Source: Macrostomum lignano (Eukaryota). From it: 64,000 bases of DNA. The stretch spans positions 140,106 through 204,105 of the forward strand of contig NIVC01000046.1 in the NCBI GenBank assembly GCA_002269645.1. Reading direction: 5' to 3'. Of the stretch, positions 1 through 12,944 are shown in pieces. The position numbers and the translations under genes are program-made. The notes under the pieces were generated by a model. The model saw only the letters and a program-made list of their open reading frames with translations, had not been told where the DNA came from and did not search any database. Each line of letters begins with the position of its first letter. The first letter of the stretch is position 1.

Positions 1-50
1 CGGTTGTGTGCCTATGTCGCTTAAAGTGCGCCATGGTGCACACAACCCCT
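1..50 (+). mobile_element. 3' tail of tRNA-derived SINE family B (truncated by window edge)
   Basis: cggttgtgtgcctatgtcgcttaaagtgcgccatggt matches the tail at 40640-40676 and the reverse complement at 35590-35640. Confidence 0.6.
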
Positions 51-79
51 CTGCCTCTCTAATAAAAAAGGCCTCCAAC

Positions 80-218
80 CTGATCAGTAGAGAATGCCAA
101 CTCCTCGTGTTGCAGAATCTGCTGCTGCTGCTGCTGCTGCTTCAAAAGCAGCGAGTCGCGACTACTGCGCCGACTACCATTAAAGTTGGACATCGACATC
201 TCACTGTCTTGTCTCAAA
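80..218 (-). CDS. Putative exon 3 of a left-edge gene (continues out of window), polyQ
   Basis: gatcag|T TTG...GAT CAG|gttgga; reads LRQDSEMSMSNFNGSRRSSRDSLLLKQ7ILQHEELAFSTDQ; phase 2 start matches the 4861-4898 exon. Confidence 0.45.
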
Positions 219-1518
219 CTGATCAATGTACTCGTATTTGAGCAGTTTTAAGAGCCTTCGCTTATAAAATGCTTATATAGTAGTAAAAACAATAATAATA
301 CTTCAAAAAAGAGCAGTCAAGCCAAGAAGAGGGCGATAAACACTTAACTGTTTCAGTTTAATAATAATAGCTGCTAGCTAAATAACTGCTCAACCCAACC
401 CTACTCAGCGGTCTCACCTGCATGGTTAGCCAACAAGATGGATGGAGGGACACAGCAAGGAATGCACTTGGGTGCTAGCCAGCCAACTATTCAAGACTGA
501 GACTTCTTCTCTCTGAGACTTGGCAACTTGGCAGGGGCAAGTATAGAACAAAAAAATTTTTTTTGGCTACTGTACCTGACGCACACCAATACTAAACTCA
601 ACTATATCCAATCTGAATATATGCTCGCCTAGCCCAGCCACCCGCCCGCCCGCCGATCGAAAACCTCTAAATACAGCCCATTTTTCCTGCGTGCAATTGT
701 GAAGAAAAATGCTCAATGCCGGGCAGAAGTGACAGAGAGGGGGAGAGGGAGAGAGAATGAAGGTAGAGAGAGACAGGTGCACACAGCAGAGCTAAAAGCA
801 ATATTCCACTGTGCTCAAGCCAGTCAGCATCCCCCCCCCCCCAAAAAAGAATACAATAGACAAGGATCCGCGAGACGGGATTATGCTCTGAGCATTAATT
901 GAGCTCTGTCCCATCTAAGACGCACTGCGTGATGCAAGTCACTGGGATAGGAAGTGGAACTGGGGACCATGGGCAGAAGGGGAAAAGGAGAGTTTGAAAG
1001 AAAATGTGGATCTTTTTAGTCGGTCAAATGCCTCAACTTTATTATACGGACTCTAAGGGCAAGGAGTTCTAGAACCGGAATATGGAGTAGAACTATAATC
1101 ACATCGTATTCTTGAGAATGGGACTTGCGGTGTGGATTAAGCGGAGTATAGAGTATCTATGTGAAAAAATCTGGGAGAGGGAGAGAGAGACAGCCAAGAG
1201 AAAAGGCAAAACCTCTACTTGAATATTACGAGCTATATGCATATAGTAACTATAACCATGCATAACTATTATAATTATAGCTAATACCGGTACGAGTAAA
1301 GAAGGGAAGTTCGCTGACACCAGGCTTAGACTTGAGCTTATACGCAGCAGCATGCGTGATTAATATATAGTATATCCTGAGGCTGTATGCATGCTCGGAG
1401 ATGAAACCTTCCGCCTCCGCGTACATCAGGGGGTGGGGGTTGCAGACGGCCCTCAAAAGGGGGGGGGTCTTTTGAAACTTAACAATGGCAATCTAAAGCT
1501 GATTGTGTCTATTCTTAG

Positions 1519-1940
1519 CTCTCCTCTCTCTCTCTTCTCTCTTCTACTCTTTTGATTCTGTAATCTTTTATCTCTTCTCTTCTCTCATCTCATATCTCTT
1601 CTCTCATCGCTTTTCTCTCACGTCCTCTCTCTTCTCTACTCTTTTGCCTCTTTTAATCTTCTATCTTCTCTCTTCTCTCTTCTCTTATATTCTCTCTACT
1701 CTCATATCCTCTCTCTACCCTCATCTCCTCTCTACTCTCATCTCCTCTCTCTACTCTCGTCTTCTCTCTACTTTCATCTCCTTTCTCTACTCTCATCTTT
1801 TCTCTCTACCCCAATCTCCTCTCTCTACTCTCATCTCTCTTCTCTCTCTTCTCTCATCTCCTCTCTCATCCTTTATCTTCTCTCTCTTTTGTCTCTTTCC
1901 TCTTCTCTCACATTATTCCCTCTCCACTCCTCTCTCATCT
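1519..1940. repeat. CT-rich low-complexity tract
   Basis: Near-pure pyrimidine, recurring ctctcatctc. Confidence 0.9.
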
Positions 1941-1997
1941 GACCCGCAGTAAATTAAATTATATTTTTATCTAGCCCTTGAGGGAACAAGGCTTGCT

Positions 1998-2510
1998 CAA
2001 CTGAGGATCTGGTAGGCTGGCCCACCAACTGAGGATCTGGGAGGCTGGCCCAGTAACTGAGGATCTGGGAGGCTGGCCCAGCAACTGAGGATCTGGGAGA
2101 CTGGCCCAGCAACTGAGGATCTGGGAGGCTGGCCCAGTAACTGAGGATCTGGGAGGCTGGCCCAGCAACTGAGGATCTGGGAGGCTGGCCCACTAACTGA
2201 GGATCTGGGAGGCTGGCCCAGCAACTGAGGATCTGGGAGACTGGCCCAGCAACTGAGGATCTGGGAGACTGGCCTAGCAACTGAGGATCTGGGAGGCTGG
2301 CCTGTCAACTGAGGATCTGAGAGGCTGGCCCACTAACTGAGGATCTGGGAGGGTGGCCCAGCAACTGAGGATCTGAGAGGCTGGCCCACTAACTGAGGAT
2401 CTGGGAGGCTGGCCCACTAACTGAGGATCTGAAAGGCTGGCCCAGCAACTGACACTCTGAGAGGCTGGCCCGACAGCTGAAGATCTGGAAGGGTGGCCCA
2501 GCAACTGAGG
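1998..2510. repeat. 28-bp minisatellite, about 18 copies
   Basis: Unit caactgaggatctgggaggctggcccag; caactg at 1998 and 2026. Confidence 0.95.
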
Positions 2511-3189
2511 TTTTAAGTGTAACTACACTAAAGCCACTTAAAACCTAAAGTTAGAGCAGTTCCTAATGAGACAAGTAGATAAGGTGAGGTGAGAATTACT
2601 AACAGCCATGCACAACGGTGATAACACAGCCACCCAGAGCCAGATGAAACATGGACCTATTGCCTGAAACTTAAGCAGTGTGTGTGTGTTACAGACCTGC
2701 AACAAATGAATGCAGCTTAAGAGGAATGAAAAACGGCGAGAGACACACACAGATGCATGAGATAACACAACTCAGAACAATACGGGCAGGCAGACAGGCA
2801 AGCGCTACTTATGCTTTAAAAATTTGTCTGACGTCAATACTCTCTGCCATCTGGCGCCATCGCTTGCGTGTCATACGGACTTAAGCCACTGGCTTCATCA
2901 ATATAACATTCCAATCTGATGCTGTATTATATTTGAGAAAATAGCATTTCGTATTATCGAGCTGAAAATACTGCGTATAAAAATTTTCATTTTGGACTCG
3001 AACTTATCTATAGATCTCAGAGCCGGGTCTGAGAGCAATCCCTCTCCCTCCTATTGATTCGCTGCTGATGCTGGGACTCCTGATCAGATTCTTAATCAGA
3101 AGCAGGGATATACTAAAGCTAAATTCCAATTATTTTATGCTGCAGACTCGTAATTTTATTTATCCTTCCTAGTTCGAGAGACTGGAGAT

Positions 3190-3500
3190 AGAAAATGAGA
3201 GATGGGATGTGGGGGATATGTGAGAGATGAGAGATGAAGATAAAGAGAAAAAAGATGACAGGTGACAGATGGGAGATGAGAGTTTAGAGATAAGAGATGA
3301 GAGAGAAAATGAGATTAGAGACGAGAGACGGGGGTGCGAGAGATGAAAGTTAGGAGATAAGAGATGAGAGTTAAGAGATAAGAGATACGAGAAAAGAGAT
3401 TAGAGATGAGAAATGAGAAATAGGAGATGGGAGACAGAAAGCTATAGGATATGGGAGGATTAATCGGAGAAGAGGAAATGGATGAGGGGAGAGAGAAGGC
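3190..3500. repeat. GA-rich low-complexity tract
   Basis: Recurring gagatgagag, the reverse complement of the 1519-1940 motif. Confidence 0.85.
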
Positions 3501-3867
3501 GCAGCAGCGCGGCATATCGTGAGTGAAACAGCAGACAAGGCCACCCAAGTGCTATGCGCCGACCGACCCGCAGCTACGTAAGCGTCATGCATATTCGCGT
3601 ATAAATTAAGATGCACGAGAGAAACATTAATTGAAGGGTTTGGGAGGATTCGAGATGCGTTGCTAAGGGAAGGGAGAGAGAGAGAGAGAGAAGCGAAATG
3701 CAGTTTTACTCAGTCAGCCAATCTAGTTGGACTCGCAAAATTCTATATTTATTTATACATAATATAAAGCTAAAAAGCATATGATTATATATGTATTGGA
3801 AATATTATGAGCATAGCTTGCGCCATTATTTTACTAATATTTCTTCTATGGGGGCCATATGGGGGAC

Positions 3868-4385
3868 TAGATGGGGGCCAGGCCAGTGTCAGAGTGACTA
3901 GATCGGGGCCAAGCCAGTGTCGGAGTGACTAGATGGGGGCCAAGCCAGTGTCAGATGACTAGATCAGTCAGGCCAGTGTCAGAGTGACTAGATGGAGGCC
4001 AAGCCAGTGTCAGAGTGACTAGATGGGGGCCAGGCCAGTGTCAGAGTGACTAGATCAGTCAGGCCAGTGTCTGAGTGACTAGATCAGTCAGGCCAGTGTC
4101 AGAGTGACTAGATCAGTCAAGCCAGTGTCAGGGTGACTAGATGGAGGCCAGGCCAGTTTCAGAGTGACTAGATCAGTCAGGCCAGTGTCAGAGTGACTAG
4201 ATGGAGGCCAGGCCAGTTTCAGAGTGACTAGATCAGTCAGGCCAGTGTCAGAGTGACTAGATCAGTCAGGACAGTGTCAGAGTGACTAGATCAGTCAAGC
4301 CAGTGTCAGGGTGACTAGATGGAGGCCAGGCCAGTTTCAGAGTGACTAGATCAGTCAGGCCAGTGTCAGAGTGACTAGATGACTA
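3868..4385. repeat. 29/31-bp minisatellite, block A
   Basis: Units gatcagtcaggccagtgtcagagtgacta and gatgggggccaggccagtgtcagagtgacta. Confidence 0.95.
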
Positions 4386-4449
4386 GCTCGTATACTCATT
4401 TTTATTTTGTTCACTAAACTCTTGAGTTTTTAACTCTAATAGGATTAAT

Positions 4450-4719
<270 letters not shown>

Positions 4720-4860
4720 TTGATCTCGGCGGTGCAAATATGTATATGTACTTTAGTTCAGCTGGCAGCTGGAAACTCCAGCATCTCTAATCTGCATCCC
4801 CGCACTGCACCGAATGCAGTGCAGCAAGCCGAGCACAAGGTTGAAGCAAATCCTACTTAC

Positions 4861-4898
4861 TTGCCACTTTCCAGTGGGGCCAACACTGCCAACATCAT
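4861..4898 (-). CDS. Putative 38-nt exon 2 of left-edge gene
   Basis: attcttgtag|ATGATGTTGGCAGTGTTGGCCCCACTGGAAAGTGGCAA|gtaagt; MMLAVLAPLESG; phase 0 to 2. Confidence 0.5.
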
Positions 4899-5344
4899 CT
4901 ACAAGAATTTCAAGTTACTCCTCATCTCAACCAGCCTCCTTCACGAGTGATGAGGACTGGTGATTGCTGCAGAGTGCTGAGGCAAGTGAGCTGCTGAGAA
5001 AAGCCACGTGTGAGTAGAGACAGAGCACTGAGTGCAACTAGGCTGTTAATAAATACGCTCGTACCATGCACAGGCACACCCTTGGGCAATAATATCATAG
5101 CTGGGAGAATTTGGCCAGTTGGGAAGGAAGGGTTCAGGGCTAGATGTTAATGAGAATTTTTTATATGTTCCCAGATCAGTTCCTTCTTATTTCTATCATA
5201 GCCCTTAACACCCAGGATAAGGGAGTAGAAATTGTGGAATTACGAACTCTAGTTGCTTTGCACGTTCATGGTTTTAATGTAAGAAAGACTAGTCTAAGTC
5301 ATTAAACCATGAAAGAGCATACCATGCATAGGCCTGACTTATGA

Positions 5345-6152
5345 TAGATCAGTCAGGCCAGTGTCAGACTCAGAGTGACTAGATGGGGGCCAGGCCAGTG
5401 TCAGAGTGACTAGATCGGGGCCAAGCCAGTGTCGGAGTGACTAGATGGGGGCCAAGCCAGTGTCAGATGACTAGATCAGTCAGGCCAGTGTCAGAGTGAC
5501 TAGATGGGGGCCAAGCCAGTGTCAGAGTGACTAGATGGGGGCCAGGCCAGTGTCAGAGTGACTAGATCAGTCAGGCCAGTGTCTGAGTGACTAGATCAGT
5601 CAGGCCAGTGTCAGAGTGACTAGATCAGTCAAGCCAGTGTCAGGGTGACTAGATGGAGGCCAGGCCAGTTTCAGAGTGACTAGATCAGTCAGGCCAGTGT
5701 CAGAGTGACTAGATGGAGGCCAGGCCAGTTTCAGAGTGACTAGATCAGTCAGGCCAGTGTCAGAGTGACTAGATCAGTCAGGACAGTGTCAGAGTGACTA
5801 GATCAGTCAAGCCAGTGTCAGGGTGACTAGATGGAGGCCAGGCCAGTTTCAGAGTGACTAGATCAGTCAGGCCAGTGTCAGAGTGACTAGATGGAGGCCG
5901 GGTTAGTGTCAGAGTGACTAGATGGGGGCCAGGCCAGTGTCGGAGTGACTAGAAGATCAGTCAGGCCAGTGTCAGGGTGACTAGATCAGTCAGGCCAGTG
6001 TCAGGGTGACTAGATCAGTCAGGCCAGTGTCAGGGTGACTAGATCAGTCAGGCCAGTGTCAGGGTGACTAGATCAGTCAGGCCAGTGTCAGGGTGACTAG
6101 ATCAGTCAGGCCAGTGTCAGGGTGACTAGATCAGTCAGGCCAGTGTCAGAGT
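5345..6152. repeat. 29/31-bp minisatellite, block B
   Basis: Same family as 3868-4385; 5382-5892 duplicates 3870-4380. Confidence 0.95.
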
Positions 6153-6216
6153 GATCTACCTACATGTAGGTAGCCACACACGTAAATCTTCAAGGATACT
6201 GGCTCATGCAGCTCAC

Positions 6217-6339
6217 CTGTGCGTCGGCAGCAAGGTCGGTGAAGTTATGCTGCTGCTGCTGAAGTCGATCAATGCCAGTGAAATCGGCACCCCCAAGTGC
6301 AGTGGAACCGCGCCTCTCGGTGCTGGATGTGCAGCCCAT
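6217..6339 (-). CDS. Putative first coding exon of left-edge gene, MGCTSS N-terminus
   Basis: ATG at 6339; MGCTSSTERRGSTALGGADFTGIDRLQQQQHNFTDLAADAQ|gtgagc; phase 0. Confidence 0.5.
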
Positions 6340-8177
6340 GTGGCTTTTAATTAGCTGAGCCAAGCTGATATGGTAATAAATATATATCCACTATCGTAGC
6401 AGTAGCACTCGTTTCAGTTTTATTAGGGCTGGGCTCAAATAAAACAAAGATTATGTAGATTAGATTAGATTGCACACAATGGCAGCACTAATCCGGTAAA
6501 TATTGAATGACTGGGGTTAAAGGGGTGTGGCGGGCAATAAAATCGAGGGAGTTTGGAGGACTTGATCAAGGTAAGCAATAAAATAGCAAGCTATAAAAAG
6601 CCTTCCTAATAGCGGCTTCCCTAATTTAAAATTATTTAATCAGATTCCAAGGCCATTGCGTGTGCTCGGGTGCTCGTTCTCGATCAAAACCAGTTGTTGG
6701 GCCTTGCCCTTACTACGGGGCGGGACTCGACAACAAGTAAATAATTTAGTATATTGTCATAAGCGAAAATAAGACAATACAGACAGTTAAAAAAACTAGC
6801 TATTTTGCAAACTAGCTCAAGGCTCAAGTTGTCAAGTTAGTTGTGTTATACTCGTTTAGTATCTGGTCCGAAAACGTACTTGATTTTTTCTCTTCTCGCC
6901 TAATAACTCCTAGACTAACTTACTTTGTTGTTGAAGGTAGTACAATTTAGTTCAACGTGCGTGCTAGCAGCAATAAGCTGGTAGGAACGGTATGGGAACA
7001 GATGAACAGCGCCCAGCCCACACACCGTTCACCACAGGGCCAACAGCAATGTCGCGTGCATTAAACTAAATGGGGTGGTGGCCCCCCGCTGACTTCCAAA
7101 CGGGCTTTTTGGCACGCGAGAGAGAGATATTGGGGTGGGGAGAGTGTCGGGGGTTTGGACGCGAAGGAGTGAACTCGGCGGCGACGTGTTGGCCCCCAGT
7201 GGGGTGGTGGGGTGAGAGGGCAAAGCGGGAGGAGTAGGTCGTTGCCAATGTACGCAACTGGCTGGATGAACTAAAAATAGCCGCCCGCTCACCCTTCTTG
7301 GCGGGGGTTGTGGGCGGGTCAGGAGTAGAGGTTGATTTCGGGACCGCACGTTAGTTTTCCGTAGGGGGGTTAGATCTGGGCCGCTGTTCATTATTAACTG
7401 GCAATCTTCTCCAAAAACCCGACCCGACCCCACCCGTGACAGTTCTCCTTCTCCGTTTGCTTAAACCAAACTTGCGCTTCCCTAAAGCCCGGGGAAAACT
7501 CGGCTGCACTCTGTATAAAAACTCTATCTGTTATAAGCTTTGGCAAAAGGATTTTTTTAAAATTGAGTGTGTTGGCCGCCAAGATAAGCGAGCGTCTGTC
7601 TGGGGTAGAGGGAGGGAGGGGGGGCTGTCATGGCATAATGGGAGTTGAGGCGGTCGGGACTTATCGGAGGAAGAAAGCGCAATTGCTTGGCTGTCTGTCT
7701 TTGATTTTCGTCTGCTCTGATTTTCGTTTGATCGCCTGGCCTGGCATGGGGGTGGCCGGATGGGATATTATTATTAGCCTACTATTCGACCGTAGCACGA
7801 GTTGGCAATTATTTGTAGTAGGCAGTAGCAGGAGCTTTAAAATTGTTTATTAGTAATAGGCGAGACATTAAGGCAAGCTGTATTCAGAGGCCCCGTTTCC
7901 CACGGTTCTTTTGATAAAGAAAATGACAAAAACAATACGGCCAGAAATATCTGTTTGGTGGGGTGATTCGATGAGAGGAGAGCATGGCCTCCAGGCGAGT
8001 TGTCAAAGTCCAGGACTGGCACACAAAAGTTTATTAAAGATTTTTATCAGGGTTTTTTATTTTCATGCAAATGCTCTATCATTTATGAGCAATTTTCAAG
8101 AAATGTCCGCTAAATGTCTTCATTTTGAATTATCGTTTTAATCAAAGGTTGAGAACTGGAAAAATTATACAGTTAGG

Positions 8178-9113
8178 TTGGCGCCTCTGTCCCTGAAGGT
8201 TGGCGCCTCTGTCCCTGATGGTTGATGGCGCCTCTTTCCCTGAAGATTGATGGCGCGTTTGTCCCTGAAGGTTGATGGCGCCTCTGTTCCTGAAGGTTGA
8301 TGGCGCCTCTGTCCCTGATGGTTGATGGCGCCTCCGTCCCTGAAGGTTGATGGCGCGCCTCTGTCTCTGATGGTTTATGGCGCCCCTGTCCCTGAAGGTT
8401 GGCGCCTCTGTCCCTGAAGGTTGGCGCCTCTGTCCCCGAATGTTGGCGCCTCTGTCCCTGATGGTTGATGGCGCGCCTCTGTCCCTGATGGTTGATGGCG
8501 CCTCTGTCTCTGAAGGTTGGCGCCTCTGTCCCTGATGGTTGATGTCGCCTCTGTCCCTGAAGGTTGGCGCCTCTGTCCCCGAATGTTGGCGCCTCTGTCC
8601 CTGATGGTTGATGGCGCCTCTGTCTCTGAAGGTTGGCGCCTCTGTCCCTGATGGTTGATGGCGCCTCTGTCCCTGAAGGTTGGCGCCTCTGTCCCCGAAT
8701 GTTGGCGCCTCTGTCCCTGATGGTTGATGGCGCGCCTCTGTCCCTGATGGTTGATGGCGCCTCTGTCCCTGATGGTTGATGGCGCCTCTGTCCCTGATGG
8801 TTTATGGCGCCCCTGTCCCTGAAGGTTGGCGCCTCTGTCCCTGAAGGTTGGCGCCTCTGTCCCCGAATGTTGGCGCCTCTGTCCCTGATGGTTGATGGCG
8901 CGCCTCTGTCCCTGATGGTTGATGGCGCCTCTGTTCCTGATGGTTAATGGCGCCTCTGTCCCTGAAGGTTGATGGCGCGCCTCTGTCCCTGATGGTTGAT
9001 GGCGCCTCTGTTCCTGATGGTTAATGGCGCCTCTGTTCCTGATGGTTGATGGCGCCTCTGTCCCTGATGGTTGATGGCGCCTCTGTCCCTGAAGGTTGGC
9101 GCCTCTGTCCCCG
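8178..9113. repeat. 22/25-bp minisatellite
   Basis: Units ggcgcctctgtccctgaaggtt and gatggcgcctctgtccctgatggtt. Confidence 0.95.
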
Positions 9114-9962
9114 AAAAGAAGAGACACGTGGTAAGTTACAGCACATGTGCGCTTATGTACATGCATGTTAGCAAAAAAAATCTAACTAATAAGATGCGAG
9201 CTAGAACTACATGTACAGTACATGTATGTACACCCTGTGTACCTCTGGAACAACTGGTAAAATCCTACACTACGTAATCTGATCCGTTAGTTTTTCTTTT
9301 AAAAGAATTAGAACTGCTGGTTAAAGTACACTGTATTAATCGCTATCGCAATCTTCAAAAGTCTGCAAACGGCCTCCTACAGTCGATTAGACACGCAGTA
9401 CTAGTCGTATAGGCAGTTACTCTGCACAAAAAAGTACGTACCGCGCGAATGAAGGCGCGGTTTGATGACGTCAAATGCCCCCTAGCTTCTACCCCCTCCC
9501 CCTGTGGGCCTGGCAGCATCTGCAGACTGCAAAGATATAGAGACGGAGGCCCTCAGACAGACAGTGCAAAAGCAGGCGTAAAATATATAGGAGGAGAGCA
9601 AAGAAATTGGAGGGGCTTTAAGGCCACACAGTAACATTGTACTTAGGGCCGCCCAATTGATATGCAATTATTTATAGTTTCTGACTGATCTGGATAGCCT
9701 ACTGTGAGTAGAAATAATGACATTTTACGATCGAAATTTAATATATTTCGATATATTTTTGAAATATAATGATAAAAATACAATGAGACTGTAGGCAAAT
9801 TGAAATAAAATGCGTCTTGTCAAGCCATCAAACCTCTTCTTCAATTCATTAATAACAAATTAAGCCGATAGGTAAGCCTCCTAGATGGGTTTGGTTAGAA
9901 ATACTGGTTGATCTATGAAATATTCTGTTGGTTTTGTTGACTTTTAATTAACGCAGCGATGC

Positions 9963-12155
9963 GAAAAGAAGCGCTTGCCTAAGTGGCGCATTGTCAGGCT
10001 CAGCAGTATGACACAGGAAAATCTCGCATTTTTCACACCTTAGATTATAATCCATCATTTAAAAAAACAGCTGAAAAAGCTTCTACAAGCGCAACGGATT
10101 TGCTTAAGTGACAAATATATTTTTCGAATGGGAAGGGTGATTTTAATTGATGCAGATAGTAGGGACCATTAAAAAAGATTGCACATGGTCTGTTGTTTTG
10201 TCTGCCAGATCCACCAAAACTAAAAATGGGCTCTCTATATAGAGGGAGTTGAATGCAGCAACCATGCACTAAACGGCAATGTAGTTATGGCTCCTTAGCC
10301 ACGCAACGCTCATTCTTGTGGACTGTACCATGGCGTTGCCAACAAATTTTCCACTTCAACTTTTTCGAATATCCTGCACCCGTCAATTTTTATAGCTGCA
10401 TATTAACAAGATCTAAGAGCTTATTATTATTATCTAGCTATCTTAAAACCTCCGTATAGTGCATACACAATTGTGTTTATGCGTCTTTGCACAAATCAGA
10501 TTAAGGACAAAATTAAGGTTTACCGTCTGGTCTGTCCATATTCGCAGATTAAGTCACTAATTAATTCAGATATTGGAGTGAGAGTGAAGAGTCAGATATG
10601 GGAGAGAGAGTGAAGAGTCAGATACGGGAGAGAGAGAGTGTGTGAAGAGTCAGATATAGGAGAGAGAGTGAAGAGTCAGATATGGGAGAGAGAGAGTGAA
10701 GAGTCAGATATGGGAGAGAGAGAGTGAAGAGTCAAATATGGGAGAGTGAAGAGTCAAATATGGGAGAGTGAAGAGTCAAATATGGGAGAGTGAAGAGTCA
10801 AATATGGGAGAGTGAAGAGTCAAATATGGGAGAGTGAAGAGTCAAATATGGGAGAGTGAAGAGTCAAATATGGGAGAGTGAAGAGTCAAATATGGGAGAG
10901 TGAAGAGTCAGATATGGGAGAGTGAAGAGTCAGATATGGGAGAGAGAGTGAAGAGTCAGATATGGGAGAGAGAGTGAAGAGTCAGATATGGGAGAGTGAA
11001 GAGTCAGATATGGGAGAGAGAGTGAAGAGTCAGATATGGGAGAGAGAGTGAAGAGTCAGATATGGGAGAGAGAAGAGTCAGATATGGGAGAGAGAGTGAA
11101 GAGTCAGATATGGGAGAGAGAGTGAAGAGTCAGATATGGGAGAGAGAGTGAAGAGTCAGATATGGGAGAGTGAAGAGTCAGATATGGGAGAGAGAGTGAA
11201 GAGTCAGATATGGGAGAGAGAGTGAAGAGTCAGATATGGGAGAGAGAGTGAAGAGTCAGATATGGGAGAGTGAAGAGTCAGATATGGGAGAGTGAAGAGT
11301 CAGATATGGGAGAGAGAGTGAAGAGTCAGATATGGGAGAGAGAGTGAAGAGTCAGATATGGGAGAGTGAAGAGTCAGATATGGGAGAGAGAGTGAAGAGT
11401 CAGATATGGGAGAGAGAAGAGTCAGATATGGGAGAGTGAAGAGTCAGATATGGGAGAGAGAAGAGTCAGATATGGGAGAGAGAGTGAAGAGTCAGATATG
11501 GGAGAGAGAAGAGTCAGATATGGGAGAGAGAGTGAAGAGTCAGATATGGGAGAGTGAAGAGTCAGATATGGGAGAGAGAGTGAAGAGTCAGATATGGGAG
11601 AGTGAAGAGTCAGATATGGGAGAGAGAGTGAAGAGTCAGATATGGGAGAGTGAAGAGTCAGATATGGGAGAGAGAGTGAAGAGTCAGATATGGGAGAGAG
11701 AAGAGTCAGATATGGGAGAGTGAAGAGTCAGATATGGGAGAGAGAAGAGTCAGATATGGGAGAGAGAGTGAAGAGTCAGATATGGGAGAGTGAAGAGTCA
11801 GATATGGGAGAGAGAGTGAAGAGTCAGATATGGGAGAGAGAAGAGTCAGATATGGGAGAGAGAGTGAAGAGTCAGATATGGGAGAGAGAAGAGTCAGATA
11901 TGGGAAAGTGAAGAGTCAGATATGGGAGAGAGAAGAGTCAGATATGGGAGAGAGAAGAGTCAGATATGGGAGAGAGAAGAGTCAGATATGGGAGAGAGAG
12001 TGAAGATTCAGATACGGGAGAGATTTTCACTCCCCCTCTCTCTCCCATATCTGACTTTTCACTCTGAAGAGACTCTTCAGTCAGAAAAATGCGAGATTTT
12101 CCTGTGTCATACTGCTGAGCCTGACAATGCACCACTTAGGCAAGCGCTTCTTTTC
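9963..12155. mobile_element. Fold-back / TIR-bounded element carrying a satellite
   Basis: 9963-10034 is the reverse complement of 12084-12155 (72 bp, 1 mismatch); no TSD seen. Confidence 0.6.
10570..12022. repeat. Purine-rich satellite, about 22-29-bp units
   Basis: Unit gagtgaagagtcagatatgggaga(ga)n; one inverted unit at 12036-12064. Confidence 0.95.
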
Positions 12156-12183
12156 CTATCTGATAAACATGGCATTCGCTTAC

Positions 12184-12452
12184 ATTTCGGGCAGATGATT
12201 CCATAGATTGAATTTCTATCGCGACCACCGCACACCTGCGATGCATTCCTGACGCATTGGAAATTGCATTGGGAGGCAGGAGCGACTCCGACAGAGCCGT
12301 AGGCCGAGCCGCAGAAGCAGTACTCGCCGAACTGAGCGCCGAAGCAGCGGAAACGGCCGTTACTTACAGATGTCGGTGCACAGTTGCAGCGAAAACTCAC
12401 CCGGCTTCTGCACAAACGCGGGCACAGCCGGTTTCGTGGCGTGCGGGCCGAA
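12184..12452 (-). pseudogene. WSC-domain fragment (exons 12401-12452 and 12184-12362, 38-nt intron)
   Basis: Spliced reading ETGCARVCAEAG|NGRFRCFGAQFGEYCFCGSAYGSVGVAPASQCNFQCVRNASQVCGGRDRNSIY fits the WSC pattern CxxxC..G.Q.G..CfCG..C...C....CGG..R..Y; no N-terminal exon found. Confidence 0.55.
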
Positions 12453-12944
12453 CTTAAAAAAACCCAGCGGGCTCGGAGTTACAGAGGCCATGCAGGAGCT
12501 CCACAGACAAGAGTGCAACAGAAAATAAGCAACAAAGAGTTTCTAACGACATATCTTTATCGCTAACTTTCACTGTGGAAGTTATACTGTGATTTCATTG
12601 ATCCTTTAAATTGTTGTCTCTATGCCAGTTCCCAGTTGCTTTCCTGCCATTGGATACAGATCCTACGCACACTGGATGCTTGTCATAGGAAATATTAGAT
12701 TTGTTACTCCCCAATTGAAAACGATCAGGGTTAATCTTGAAGTTAACTTTTTAGGCCACTTGCAGGTAGGTTGATTTCGATTAACAAACTCGTAAAATTA
12801 ACGCAAATTTACCCTCCGTAAAGCCAGCCGCCAACCGCCCCACAACCAGCGCTGTTGAGGAAATTCTGCCCGCTCCGCTGACTCCGTGCTGTCACCGCAC
12901 TCATAAACATGAACACTCATGCAGTGTGTACAGCGGCTCTGCCG

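Noticed and set aside
94-183. Plus-strand ORF MPTPRVAESAAAAAAASKAASRDYCADYH
   Set aside because: It is the antisense of the polyQ exon, which has better splice and phase support; not fully excluded.
576-686. Possible minus-strand exon EKWAVFRGF...IGVRQ
   Set aside because: Phase 0-0 does not fit the phase-2 junction between the 4861 and 218 exons.
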